Source of the DNA: Thermoanaerobaculia bacterium
GTDB taxonomy: Bacteria > Acidobacteriota > Thermoanaerobaculia > Multivoradales > Multivoraceae
Reading direction: 5' to 3'
Assembly (NCBI GenBank): GCA_963666565.1
Contig: OY762911.1
Location: forward strand, 1,696,001-1,760,000
DNA length: 64,000 bases
The stretch's first letter is position 1. Every line of letters begins with the position of its first letter. The position numbers and the translations under genes are program-made. Under the pieces are notes generated by a model. The model was not told the origin of the DNA. It ran no database searches and saw only the letters and a list, made by a program, of their open reading frames with translations. Shown piece after piece: positions 18,305-28,089 of the stretch.

Positions 18305-20816
18305 CGCGAGAAACCGGGAGTTGGCGCGCAGGCTTCTCCGCGCTGATTCGGAGGCCGACGTGGTGAAGATCCTTGAGCAGGAAGGCTTGTGGCGCGATGC
18401 GAAGTGCTGGCGGCTCTATGGGGATCGTGACGGGAACTTCTCGGTCATCGGGAATCAGCAGAGTCGTCCTGAGGCGGCTCTCGTCGAGAAGATCGTGAAC
18501 TCGGTTGATGCCCGGCTGATGAAAGAGTGTCTCGCACGCAGTATCGATCCGAGTTCGACGGACGCTCCTCAGTCTGTGCGCGAAGCAGTGGCGAGTTTCG
18601 TCGACGGCGTTGAACCAGAGAGTGAAACGGCCGGGGAGGTTCGTTTCTGGCCTCGCCAGAGACAACGGGAGCAAGCTCGTCAGATCACTCTCGCTGTGAC
18701 TGGCTCGAAGCCACGCCAGGCGGGAGGTGCATCGATAACGGTCGTCGACCTCGGAGAGGGTCAGTATCCGGAGAAGATGCCGACGACCTTCCTCTCCATC
18801 GATCGCGAGAACAAGCTGCGCATCCCGTTCGTGCAGGGCAAGTTCAACATGGGCGGTACAGGCGCACTCAAGTTCTGTGGGCGTAGCGGGCTGCAGTTGG
18901 TCATCACTCGGCGATGTCCAGACATCGTCGGCGCGGACGGCGGCGCGGAGTCACCTTGGGGGTTCACTGTCGTCCGAAGAGAACGGCCCGTCGAGGGCGC
19001 CGGAGAAATCCGCAACTCCGTCTATCGCTACCTTGCCCCCGTTGGAGCTGACGAAAGGCCAGGACGTGGCGCTGTCCTACAGTTCGCCGCGGCGAGGATC
19101 GAAGCCCTTCCAGAGAAGAACCAGGCATACGTGCGGAGCCTCCCTTGGGGGTCAGTCCTGAAGCTCTACGAGTACGACATGAAGGGTTTTGGTAGCCATG
19201 CTCTGCTGCCAGGCGGCCTCCTTGGCCGCCTTGAACTGATGCTTCCAGGGATAGCGCTCCCGGTACGAGTCCACGAGTGTCGCTCCTTCGGAGGTGATCC
19301 GAAAAGGAGCTTCGATACGACGTTACTTGGCCTCGCGGCACGTCTGGAAGCCGACCGGGCCAACAACTTGGAAGAGGGCTACCCAACGTCGGCTCTGATA
19401 CAGCTCGTCGGCCAGGATCTCCCTGTTGAGATCTACGCGTTCAAGCCCAAGAAAGCGGACAAGTACCGCTCGACTGAGGGTATCGTCTTCACGATCAACG
19501 GTCAGACTCATGGGTCGCTGTCGAAGGCCTTCTTTTCCCGCAAGAGGGTGAAGATGGGGCGGCTCGCGGACTCACTGTTGATAGTGGTCGACTGCTCGAG
19601 GCTTTCCGTAGACGCGCGGGAAGACCTGTTCATGAACAGCCGTGACCGGCTCAGCAACGGAGAGCTTCGAAAGGACATCGAGCGTGAACTGGAGGACCTT
19701 ATCGGTCGCCATCACGGTCTCAGGGAGCTGCGCGACCGCCGCAAGGCGGAGGAGATCGCGCAGAGACTCGAAGACTCGAAACCGCTAGAGGACGTACTCG
19801 ATACGCTTCTGCGGACATCTCCTACTCTCAACCGGCTTTTCCTACAGGGTCAACGGCTCGGCCGGCCGCATCGGGCCGGCACGAAGGGAGGAACCAACAA
19901 CGGGGCTGGTCAGCCCGGGAAGTACGTGGGAAAGGCCCACCCCACGTACTTTCGGTTCGCCAAGAAGCCCGACGCTGACTTTCTCCGGAGGTCAGCAGAG
20001 AAGGGCCGGAGATGTCGGATCAAGTTCGAGACGGACGTTGCGAACGACTACTTCAAGAGGCCCTCAGTTCCGGGTCGGTACACGGTCGAGGTCATTGGAG
20101 GGCCAGTGGAAGGCCGCGATGTGGCGCACAGTCTCGTGCTGCACGATGGAGTGGCCAACTGGAGCGTCCGTCTTCCGGACGATCTGGAGATCGGCGATGA
20201 AGTGACACTGCAGTGCACCGTCGCGGACGATTCGCTGATCGAGCCCTTCGTGAGCGTGGTCGAAATCTCGATCGTGCCGCAGGGACGAAGACAGTCAGGC
20301 AAGAGGAGTAAGCGCGAGCGCCGGCTGGACTCGGGCGACTCGACAGGCGGAAACGGCCAGGGGGGCAAGGGAAGTGACAACGAGGCCGGGATTCAGCTTC
20401 CGCACATTGAGCGTCTGAGAGAGAAGGACCCGTTATGGAGTGAGAGGGGGTTCGACCACTACACCGGATGCGAAGTCGTGGACGACTCGGACGTCGAGAA
20501 GGCGGCTAACGGGAGAGACCTGACCTTCTACGTGAACATGTCGAACCGAGCCTTGGAGACGGACCTGAAGGACAGTCGCGAGGATGCGAGGGTCGTCGAG
20601 GCGAAGTTCGTGTACGCAAACGTGCTCGTAGGTCTGGGACTTCTGAATGACCCTCGACAGGCGGGAGACGACGCGTCCGATTCCCTGGAGACGGCCGAAA
20701 CGCGCGTGGCCTCTACGACAAGGGCTCTGGCGCCCTTTCTTCTTCCCATGATCGACTTCCTCGGATCACTGGGTCCTGAGGACGTTTCGGCAGGGGGCGT
20801 CGGCGACGAGGACTAG
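18297..20816 (+). CDS. Uncharacterised large GHKL (MORC/Hsp90-like) ATPase
   Basis: ALVEKIVNSVDA (N-box), VVDLGEGQ (G1), QGKFNMGGTG (G2); S5-like FTINGQTHG...NSRDRL; GTG 18297 with GGAGG upstream. Confidence 0.75.
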   Translation: MSDARNRELARRLLRADSEADVVKILEQEGLWRDAKCWRLYGDRDGNFSVIGNQQSRPEAALVEKIVNSVDARLMKECLARSIDPSSTDAPQSVREAVASFVDGVEPESETAGEVRFWPRQRQREQARQITLAVTGSKPRQAGGASITVVDLGEGQYPEKMPTTFLSIDRENKLRIPFVQGKFNMGGTGALKFCGRSGLQLVITRRCPDIVGADGGAESPWGFTVVRRERPVEGAGEIRNSVYRYLAPVGADERPGRGAVLQFAAARIEALPEKNQAYVRSLPWGSVLKLYEYDMKGFGSHALLPGGLLGRLELMLPGIALPVRVHECRSFGGDPKRSFDTTLLGLAARLEADRANNLEEGYPTSALIQLVGQDLPVEIYAFKPKKADKYRSTEGIVFTINGQTHGSLSKAFFSRKRVKMGRLADSLLIVVDCSRLSVDAREDLFMNSRDRLSNGELRKDIERELEDLIGRHHGLRELRDRRKAEEIAQRLEDSKPLEDVLDTLLRTSPTLNRLFLQGQRLGRPHRAGTKGGTNNGAGQPGKYVGKAHPTYFRFAKKPDADFLRRSAEKGRRCRIKFETDVANDYFKRPSVPGRYTVEVIGGPVEGRDVAHSLVLHDGVANWSVRLPDDLEIGDEVTLQCTVADDSLIEPFVSVVEISIVPQGRRQSGKRSKRERRLDSGDSTGGNGQGGKGSDNEAGIQLPHIERLREKDPLWSERGFDHYTGCEVVDDSDVEKAANGRDLTFYVNMSNRALETDLKDSREDARVVEAKFVYANVLVGLGLLNDPRQAGDDASDSLETAETRVASTTRALAPFLLPMIDFLGSLGPEDVSAGGVGDED

Positions 20817-22590
20817 CTAGTGCCTGCCAGAAAACTCAGTTCCGACGGGATTCCTGGGCAAGTTTGAGGCTGTTGGCAGGCGCAAGAGGTCTGCGCAGGA
20901 GCCTGTGATCGGCGGCGACGGCGCTCCCTGGGGTTTCTTGGCGGCGATTCCCGGCGATGACGGCCGTTCGGGCACGGCGGCGCCTCCGGTCTCGCGCGGG
21001 CTGTCTTCGACGGAGGCTGCGGTGACGGTCAGGCGGCCCGGCGGCGCTTGCGTGCGCGTGCTTGCAGGAGCCGGCCCAGCCGGTGCAGGTTGCCCGCGAG
21101 CACCGAGAGCGCGACGGTGCGCTCGAAGCCTTCGGCGCCGCGGCTTCTGACGCGGTCGAGGCCGCGATGCTCCAGAGCGTTGATGGCGGACTCGACCGCG
21201 GGATGGGCACGGCGGGCGGAGAGGAAGGCTTCGTCGGTTTCCCGCTCCCGGTCGGCCTTCGACAGATACCCCTTCTTCGGCAGCGCGTTGAGGTCGAGAA
21301 GCTCGTCGAGCCGGACGCGGTTCTCCCGGCTGTGGAAGTTGCGGTCGAAACTGCACGCCCGAAGCTCGGGGAACCGCTTCTGCGCCGCCGCGACCAGGGG
21401 CACGACCGCATCGGCGTCGCCGCCCTTCCACATGACCTCGTGGTGAAGAACGAATCCGTGCTGATCCTCGATCAACGCCACCGGAACGCCGAGCTCCACC
21501 GGCGTACCCGCCTTCCCCTTCGACACCCAGCGCGTGTGCGGCTCGAAGATCGAAAACACCTTCTCCTCGTGAGGAATCGTCTCGCCCAGGAGCAGACGAC
21601 GCTCGACCTGGTCCATCTGGCGCCGCGCGTGAACGATCAAGCCCTAGAATCGTCTCCGCGGCCATGCCGTCCCCCGCGGCACGAAGCGCCTCCACCGTGT
21701 CCGCCGCGCGCGCCACGAGCGGCCGGCACCGATCGAGGTACGCCTTCACCCGGGCCGGAGACCGCTTCGCCCGCCGAGTCCCGCGCACCTTGTGGAACAG
21801 CCGGCGCACCAACCGAAGCTGATAACGCCACTGGCGCCAGCCAGAGATGCCGTGCCGACGCGCCGCCCGACCGCTCTCCCGCAGCATGCAGCGCATCGCG
21901 TCCCACAGCAGATTCACGTCCGTCGGGTAATGCACGTCGGTCTCGACCACGAACGAATCACACCGACCGCGCAACGGCCCGCCAGGCTTTTTTCGCGCGA
22001 CCGCATGGCCGCTTTCCACCACCAATCTGCCCACCGCCGACAACAACTCCGGCGTCAACAGGCTCACGTTGTCGACCACCGTCTGGTACTCGTAGTAGCT
22101 CTCCTCCCCGAAATCGCCGTGCCCCAGAAACGCACGCAGCGTCCCGTGATGGTTGGCCAGATCGTGAAGCCGGTCGAAGTCGCAGCCGAGACCCTGTTTC
22201 ACCACCCCCAACACCAGAATCCGCCACAACTCCATGCCCGGACGACCGACCGTCCGATCCGTACCCGGCAGCATGTGCTCGTCCAGCAACTCGAACAGCC
22301 GGGGCCGCAACGTCTCGTCGCAGTAGATGTGCTGAAGACCGCGAAACAGCGCCGGCGTGTCGTCGCGAGACTTCGGGTCGATCCAGATCTCGCCGATCGG
22401 CGCCTCGCCCAGCCTGAACTGCCGACTTTGAATCTCCCGCATCGCCTCGACCTCCGAAGATCCTCCCGAATCCGCCCAAAACGTCCGATTCAGGACTGGA
22501 TCCTACGGCATCGGCGACATCTTCAACCGACCGAATCCCTCGCAAAACCCCGTAGAATCAACGACTCCCGGGTTTTCTGGCGGGCACTAG
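20817..22590 (-). mobile_element. Insertion sequence (ISNCY / IS5-like DDE)
   Basis: Terminal IRs TGCCTGCCAGAAAAC (20821) and GTTTTCTGGCGGGCA (22572-22586), 14/15 match; CTAG on both sides (target duplication or IR tip). Confidence 0.9.
21029..22442 (-). pseudogene. DDE transposase with a +1 frameshift near 21642
   Basis: N-part DPKSRDD, GRPGMELW, RCDSFVVETDVHYPTD; C-part EKVFSIFEPHT, SFDRNF, HPAVESAINALE in another frame; one extra G in CTAGGGCTTG. Confidence 0.85.
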
Positions 22591-22595
22591 CTTAG

Positions 22596-23768
22596 CTAGC
22601 TCGCTCTGTGCACCAGAACGACCTCGCGCGCGGTTGGCGCCTTAGTGCGCAGCGAGGCGTGCCACCGGCGCCTAGGGACTTCGCGCCAGATTCGGCCGGC
22701 TTCGGGCAGCGGTGCTTCGACAAAGCCGGCAGTCCCGAGAGTCTCTAGGTAGAGGGACAAGTGAGCTTCTGGCTTTGAGAAGCCCACGACCTGGACTAGT
22801 CTGGCGCCGTCGCGTACGACGCGACGTATGGCTGACATTCTCTCGCCGAGTAGATTGAAGTAGTTCCGGCCTTGCCGGCCCCCCATCGTGTAGTACGACT
22901 CTCCACGCCCGTCCCTGGCTGCTGCGATCCAGAAGGGGACGGAGGTTTCTCTGCCGCCGCCTGTTTGCCAGCGATGATAGAGAACGTGGACTCCAGGGTA
23001 TGGCGGGCTCGTTACGACGAGGTCAGCGCGGGTTCCATTCGCGAAAGGTCGCACCGAACCTATGTTGAGGGCGTCCGAGGTAATGAGGCGTGGCTTGACG
23101 AGGCGTGGCTGGTGGACGCCTTTGGCCTCCGCTTGCTCCCAGAGTGACTCGAAGTCCTTCAACATTCTGTGGATGACTGTGTGCAGCCGTTCGCGGAAAG
23201 CGACCGCTGTCGCGACCTCTCGGCGCCCATCTATGGCCCACTGCGCTGCGTTCAAGATAGCCCCACGGGCGACTCTCTCTACTGTCGGGTCGGTGTCGTC
23301 CGGGAGGCCGGATAGAGCGACGCGGATGAGCTTGCGAATGGCTCCGCGAGCAGGTCCGGTGAGGTTCTGAAAGATCTCTGGTGGCGGCTGGTTCGTCTCG
23401 CTAATTGCGTCGTGGTATCGAATATTTCTGACGGTGACGTCCGCCCATGTGTTCAACACGCTTGCCGCGTGCGGCGATACTCGGGATGTCTTCAGCTTGG
23501 CGAGGAAAGTTGCAAGTTCACTGATGTCCAGACAGACCGTACTTCGGCCCGTCGCGATCGCTTCGACTGCGGTTGTGCCGCCACCGGAGAAAGGATCCAG
23601 CACCAACTCTCCCGGTTGGGAGAACTGGCGAATGGCGGCACTCGCCAGTTGAGGCGAGAAGCGACCAGGGTAACGGTAAAAGCCGTGGGTCAGGCCAGCT
23701 ACGGGACTCGGATCCAGAGCTGCTCGACGCAGGGCCTCGAACTCAGTGTGTAGATGAGACACGACCAT
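22596..23768 (-). CDS. Site-specific DNA methyltransferase (amino-MTase, probably N4-cytosine, alpha-type motif order)
   Basis: THGFYRYPGRFSP, VLDPFSGGGTT (motif I) before VVTSPPY (motif IV). Confidence 0.88.
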   Translation of the reverse strand: MVVSHLHTEFEALRRAALDPSPVAGLTHGFYRYPGRFSPQLASAAIRQFSQPGELVLDPFSGGGTTAVEAIATGRSTVCLDISELATFLAKLKTSRVSPHAASVLNTWADVTVRNIRYHDAISETNQPPPEIFQNLTGPARGAIRKLIRVALSGLPDDTDPTVERVARGAILNAAQWAIDGRREVATAVAFRERLHTVIHRMLKDFESLWEQAEAKGVHQPRLVKPRLITSDALNIGSVRPFANGTRADLVVTSPPYPGVHVLYHRWQTGGGRETSVPFWIAAARDGRGESYYTMGGRQGRNYFNLLGERMSAIRRVVRDGARLVQVVGFSKPEAHLSLYLETLGTAGFVEAPLPEAGRIWREVPRRRWHASLRTKAPTAREVVLVHRAS

Positions 23769-23825
23769 TGCCGCTCGGGTGCCGTCGAGGCTGGTGAGTA
23801 GTTCAGCAGTTCCAGAGCAGCTTCC

Positions 23826-25262
23826 TCAGCTCGCCTTCGGCAATGCTCCCATCACGGCCTTGACCTCCAGGAACTCCTCGAAGCCGAAGTCGCCCCATTC
23901 GCGGCCGTTGCCGGACTGCTTGTAGCCGCCGAAGGGGGCGCCGAAGTCGGCGGGGGCGCCGTTGATGTGGACGTTGCCGGCGCGGATCCGGGAGGCGACG
24001 CTGCGGGCGTGGTCGAGGTCGCCGGACTGGACGTAGCTCGACAGGCCGTACGGCGTGTCGTTGGCGATCCGGACCGCTTCCTCCTCCGTCTCGTAGGGGA
24101 GGATGGAGAGCACGGGGCCGAAGATCTCCTCGCGGGCGATCGTCATGTCGTTGCTGACGCCGCCGAAGACGGTGGGGCGGACGTAGTAGCCGCTGTCCAG
24201 GCCCTCGGGGCGGTCGGTCCCGCCGGCGACCAGCTCGGCGCCTTCCTCGATCCCCTGGGCGATGAGGCCCTGGATCTTGTCGTACTGGACCTTGCTGACG
24301 ACGGGACCGATGGCGACGCCTTCCTGTTCCGGCGGGCCGACGGCAGTGGCTTCGGCGGCTGCCTTGGCGACCTCGAGGGCGCGGGCGTGCGAGGCAGCCG
24401 GCACCAGCATCCGCGTCGGCGCGTTGCAGGACTGGCCGCTGTTCAGGAAGCACTGCCGGGTGCCGGCCTTGACCGCCTTGTCGATGTCGGCGTCCTCGAG
24501 CACGATGTTCGGCGACTTGCCGCCGAGTTCCTGCGAGACCCGCTTGATCGAGTCGGCCGCGGCCTTGGCCACCGCGCGGCCGGCGCGGGTGGAGCCGGTG
24601 AAGGACATCATGTCGATGCCGGGGTGGGCCGACATGGCGGCGCCGACCTCGGGACCCTCGCCGTTGATCAGGTTGAAGACGCCCGCCGGCACGCCGGCGT
24701 CGTGGAGAATCTCGGCGAGCAGGACGGCGTTGAGCGGCGCCACCTCGCTCGGCTTCAGGACCATCGTGCAGCCCGCGGCGAGCGCCGGCGCGACCTTGCA
24801 GGCGATCTGGTTGATCGGCCAGTTCCAGGGCGTGATCAGGCCGCAGACGCCGACCGGTTCCTTGACGATGTTCGTCGTGCCGCGGGTTTCTGTGAAGTCG
24901 TAGCCCTTCAGCACGTTCAGGGCGCCGGCGAAGTGGCCGAGGCCGGACGGGGCCTGCGCGGCCTTGGCGAGCCAGGCCGGGGCGCCCATCTCCATGGAGA
25001 TCGTCTCCGCCATCTCGCCGATCCGGGCCTGGTAGCCGGCGACGATCCGGCCCAGGAGTTCGACGCGCTCTTCCTGGCTGGTCCGAGAGAACGACTCGAA
25101 GGCGGCCCGCGCCGCGGCGACGGCCTTGTCCACGTCCGCCGCGCTGCCGAGGCTGATCCTGCCGATCGCCTCTTCCGTGGACGGGTCGATGACGTCCATC
25201 GTCTTGGGCGTGGCCGGGTCGACCCATTCACCGTTGATGTAGAACTGCAGCGCTTCCTTCAT
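23826..25262 (-). CDS. Aldehyde dehydrogenase
   Basis: ITPWNWP, LKPSE, FTGST, ELGGKSP, NSGQSC, EEIFGPV, PFGGYKQSGNGRE; ATG 25262 overlaps the hemY stop. Confidence 0.92.
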   Translation of the reverse strand: MKEALQFYINGEWVDPATPKTMDVIDPSTEEAIGRISLGSAADVDKAVAAARAAFESFSRTSQEERVELLGRIVAGYQARIGEMAETISMEMGAPAWLAKAAQAPSGLGHFAGALNVLKGYDFTETRGTTNIVKEPVGVCGLITPWNWPINQIACKVAPALAAGCTMVLKPSEVAPLNAVLLAEILHDAGVPAGVFNLINGEGPEVGAAMSAHPGIDMMSFTGSTRAGRAVAKAAADSIKRVSQELGGKSPNIVLEDADIDKAVKAGTRQCFLNSGQSCNAPTRMLVPAASHARALEVAKAAAEATAVGPPEQEGVAIGPVVSKVQYDKIQGLIAQGIEEGAELVAGGTDRPEGLDSGYYVRPTVFGGVSNDMTIAREEIFGPVLSILPYETEEEAVRIANDTPYGLSSYVQSGDLDHARSVASRIRAGNVHINGAPADFGAPFGGYKQSGNGREWGDFGFEEFLEVKAVMGALPKAS

Positions 25263-26869
25263 GGGGACTGTCTCCGGGTGTGTTGAGCAGTTGGAACGGG
25301 TGAGTGTAGCTCGATATGGCACCTCTGGCTGAGCAGCAGGCGGGCCGCTCTCTCGCCGCAGTCGGCGCCGACGGCCATGGCGCGGCTCAGGCCGACGCCG
25401 TGGAGGGCGTTGCCGGCGAGGTGGAATCCCTCGATGGGTTGCAGAGCCGCCTCGATCAGGGCCACGCGCCGCGGGTGACCGGGGGCGTACTGCGGGATCG
25501 CATGCGGCCAGCGGGCGACGCTGGTGTGGGTCGGCGCGGCGTCGATGCCGGCCGTCCGGCGCAGTTCGCGGAGGGTCAGGTCGACGAGCTGGGCGTCGCC
25601 GAGGTCGGCGGCCTCGGGGTCGACGGTGCCGCCGAACATGGAACGGGCCAGGAACTGGCCTTCCGGGCCGCGGCCGCCGAACGTCGCGGTTTCATACTGG
25701 CAGCCGAGCATGCGGATGCCCTCGCCGCGGGCGACGAGGAAGCCGTAGGCGGGCTCGAGGTGGGCCGCTGCGGCGGCGTCGAAGGCGGTGTGGACGACTG
25801 CCATCGGCGGAGATTCGATCTGCAGGAGTTCGTGCGCGGCCTGAGCCGAGACGCCTTCGACGAGGTCGGCGGCTGCAGGCAGGTCGGCCGCGACGATGAC
25901 GGCGTCCGCGGTGAGTTCGGCGGGAGCGGCCGTTTCGGCGTTGGTGGCGTGTTCGGATTTGGCGAGGTGGAGCGTGAAGCTGCCTCCGTTGCATCCGGCA
26001 CCGTGACGGTCACCGTCACCGTGGTGGCGCCGGCCCCCTCCTTCCCGTGAAACGGAAGCGACACGGCTGCCGCAACGCACCTCGATCCCCGGCAGCGCGG
26101 CGATCGCTCGCGGCAGGCTCTGGATGCCCCGAACGAAGGTTCGGTGTCCCGGAGGCGGAACGCGGCGCCTGCGGCCGGCCCGCATCGCCTTGAACAGCGA
26201 TCCGTGGGCCTGCTCCATCGCAACCAGTCGCGGGAAGGCGGCCGCGGCCGAGAGCCTCCGTGCGTCGCCGGCGAAGATGCCGAGGACGACCGGCGAGATC
26301 AGGCGCGCCGCCGCCTGCCGGCCCATGCGGCGGGCGGCGAAGTCAAACAGGGACTCGTCGTCGTTCGCCGCGACGCGGCGGCCCGCGGAATCCGTGTCGC
26401 CGCCGTGCCCGCCGCGACCGGCGTCGCTCCCGCCTCGACCGGCGTGGCTTCGGCGTGCCGGGACCAGCGGCTCCAGGGCCAGGCGGGCGAGACCGAGCGG
26501 CCCCAGCAGCCCGCTGCGAGCGAACGCCAGCGGGGTGCGCTGCAGCTCCCGCAGCTTGCCGCCGCGATAGATGTAGCGGCGATTCGCCGCCGGTTCCGGA
26601 GCCAGCACTTCGTCGGCAAGGCCGCAGGCGTCGATCATCTCCCGCACTACCGGCTGGTCGTCGAGGAAGCCCTGTGGCCCGGTCTCGATCAGGAGGTTCG
26701 CGGCATGCTCGGTCCGCGCCTTGCCGCCGACCTCGCTCTCCGCCTCGAGCACGACAATCTCGAGTGAGGCGCCGGCGCGTTCCGCCTCGGCGGACGCCTT
26801 CCACGCGGCGGCCAGCCCGGAAGGCCCGCCGCCGACGACGATCAGGCGCGGGATCGCCTCACCGCTCAA
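25259..26869 (-). CDS. hemY: Protoporphyrinogen oxidase (HemY-type FAD)
   Basis: VVGGGPSGL, VGGKART, ETGPQGF, GIFAGD, FGG, AIPQY, LAGNALHGVG; TTG start overlaps the hemE stop. Confidence 0.85.
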   Translation of the reverse strand: MSGEAIPRLIVVGGGPSGLAAAWKASAEAERAGASLEIVVLEAESEVGGKARTEHAANLLIETGPQGFLDDQPVVREMIDACGLADEVLAPEPAANRRYIYRGGKLRELQRTPLAFARSGLLGPLGLARLALEPLVPARRSHAGRGGSDAGRGGHGGDTDSAGRRVAANDDESLFDFAARRMGRQAAARLISPVVLGIFAGDARRLSAAAAFPRLVAMEQAHGSLFKAMRAGRRRRVPPPGHRTFVRGIQSLPRAIAALPGIEVRCGSRVASVSREGGGRRHHGDGDRHGAGCNGGSFTLHLAKSEHATNAETAAPAELTADAVIVAADLPAAADLVEGVSAQAAHELLQIESPPMAVVHTAFDAAAAAHLEPAYGFLVARGEGIRMLGCQYETATFGGRGPEGQFLARSMFGGTVDPEAADLGDAQLVDLTLRELRRTAGIDAAPTHTSVARWPHAIPQYAPGHPRRVALIEAALQPIEGFHLAGNALHGVGLSRAMAVGADCGERAARLLLSQRCHIELHSPVPTAQHTRRQSP

Positions 26870-28089
26870 GCCCTGGCTCCGCGGCGTCCGCGGCGCTCGG
26901 CATCCGGCGCCTCGGGGACGGCATCCGGCGCCTCGGGGACGGCATCCGGCGCCTCGGGCTCGGCGTCCGGACGAGGCGCGCCGCCGACTGCTTCGTGCCC
27001 GTCCTCCGCCTCGGTGTGGACCGCATCGACCAGGGCCTGCACCGCCTCGAGCGGCGTCTCCGGCAGTACGCCGTGCCCCAGGTTCACGATGTGGCCGCGG
27101 CCGGGCAGGCTGGCGAGCAGCCGGCCCGTCTCTCGCCGGATCGCTTCCCCGCCTGCGAGCAGCACCGCCGGATCCAGGTTGCCCTGCAGGCACAATTCCG
27201 GCCGGCGCCGCCGCAGCGCGGCGAGGTCTGTCCGCCAGTCGACGCCGAGCGCCTCGCAGGGCAAGTCGGCGTAGTCGTCCACCAGTTGCGGCGCCGAGTG
27301 AAGGAACAGGATGCGCGGCACCCCGGCCTCGCCGAGCCGCCGCAACAGCCGCTCGAGGTGCGGCCGAACTCGCCGCCGCCACTCGGCGCGCGGGAACAGA
27401 CCGGCCCAGGAGTCGAACACCTGGACCGCGTCCGCCCCCGCCTGGCGCTGCGCGATCAGGTAGCGGGCGCAGAGGCGGCCGAGGCGGTCGAGCAGGGCGT
27501 CGAAGGCGGCCGGCGCCTCGTGGGCGAACGCCCGCAGCCGGGGAAAGTCGCGCGCGCCGCGGCCTTCGACCAGGTAGGCCGCCAGCGTCAGGGGCGCGCC
27601 GGCGAACCCGAGCAGCGCCGTGCCGGGGTCGAGTTCCCGGCGGACGATCCGCTGCGCCGCCGTGACCTCGGGCGCGATCTCGGCGTCGTCGAGGCGGTCC
27701 GGGTCGGGCAGGCGGTCTACCGCCGCGGCGTCGCGGATCGGCCGGGCGATCACCGGGCCGGGGTCGAAGCGGAAGTCGACGCCCAGGGCCGGCAGCGGCG
27801 ACATGATGTCCGCGAAGGTGATCGCGGCGTCGAAGGGAAAGCGGCGGAGCGGCATCATCGTCACGCGGGCCGCCAGCTCGGGGCTGCCCGCGAGACCGGC
27901 GAAGCCGTGGCGTTCCTTGAGCGCCCGGTACTCGGGCAGGATGCGACCGGCCTGCCGCATGATCCACAGCGGCCGCCGCGGCGTCTCCTCCAGGCGGAGC
28001 GCGCGCAGCAGCAGGTCGGCGTCGGGCCGGGCAGGGCCGCGCGGCGCTGGAGCGGCCGGACGGGACGCGGACCCGGCGAAGGCGGTCAC
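26866..28089 (-). CDS. hemE: Uroporphyrinogen decarboxylase
   Basis: PLWIMRQAGRILPEY, DAAITFADI, LGFAGAP, QVFDSW, LQGNLDP, NLGHG; GTG 28089. Confidence 0.92.
   Translation of the reverse strand: MTAFAGSASRPAAPAPRGPARPDADLLLRALRLEETPRRPLWIMRQAGRILPEYRALKERHGFAGLAGSPELAARVTMMPLRRFPFDAAITFADIMSPLPALGVDFRFDPGPVIARPIRDAAAVDRLPDPDRLDDAEIAPEVTAAQRIVRRELDPGTALLGFAGAPLTLAAYLVEGRGARDFPRLRAFAHEAPAAFDALLDRLGRLCARYLIAQRQAGADAVQVFDSWAGLFPRAEWRRRVRPHLERLLRRLGEAGVPRILFLHSAPQLVDDYADLPCEALGVDWRTDLAALRRRRPELCLQGNLDPAVLLAGGEAIRRETGRLLASLPGRGHIVNLGHGVLPETPLEAVQALVDAVHTEAEDGHEAVGGAPRPDAEPEAPDAVPEAPDAVPEAPDAERRGRRGARA
26898..26960 (-). repeat. 21-bp tandem repeat x3 in the hemE 3' end (EAPDAVP)
   Basis: CGGCATCCGGCGCCTCGGGGA units. 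Confidence 0.9.

Noticed and set aside
20817-22442. 541-aa ORF as an intact transposase
   Set aside because: After about 21642 it runs out of frame into Arg/Pro-rich nonsense; the catalytic C-terminus is in the 21029-21640 frame.
16016-23825. Island as an integrase-mobilised element
   Set aside because: No integrase, tRNA or flanking att-like direct repeats were found by eye.
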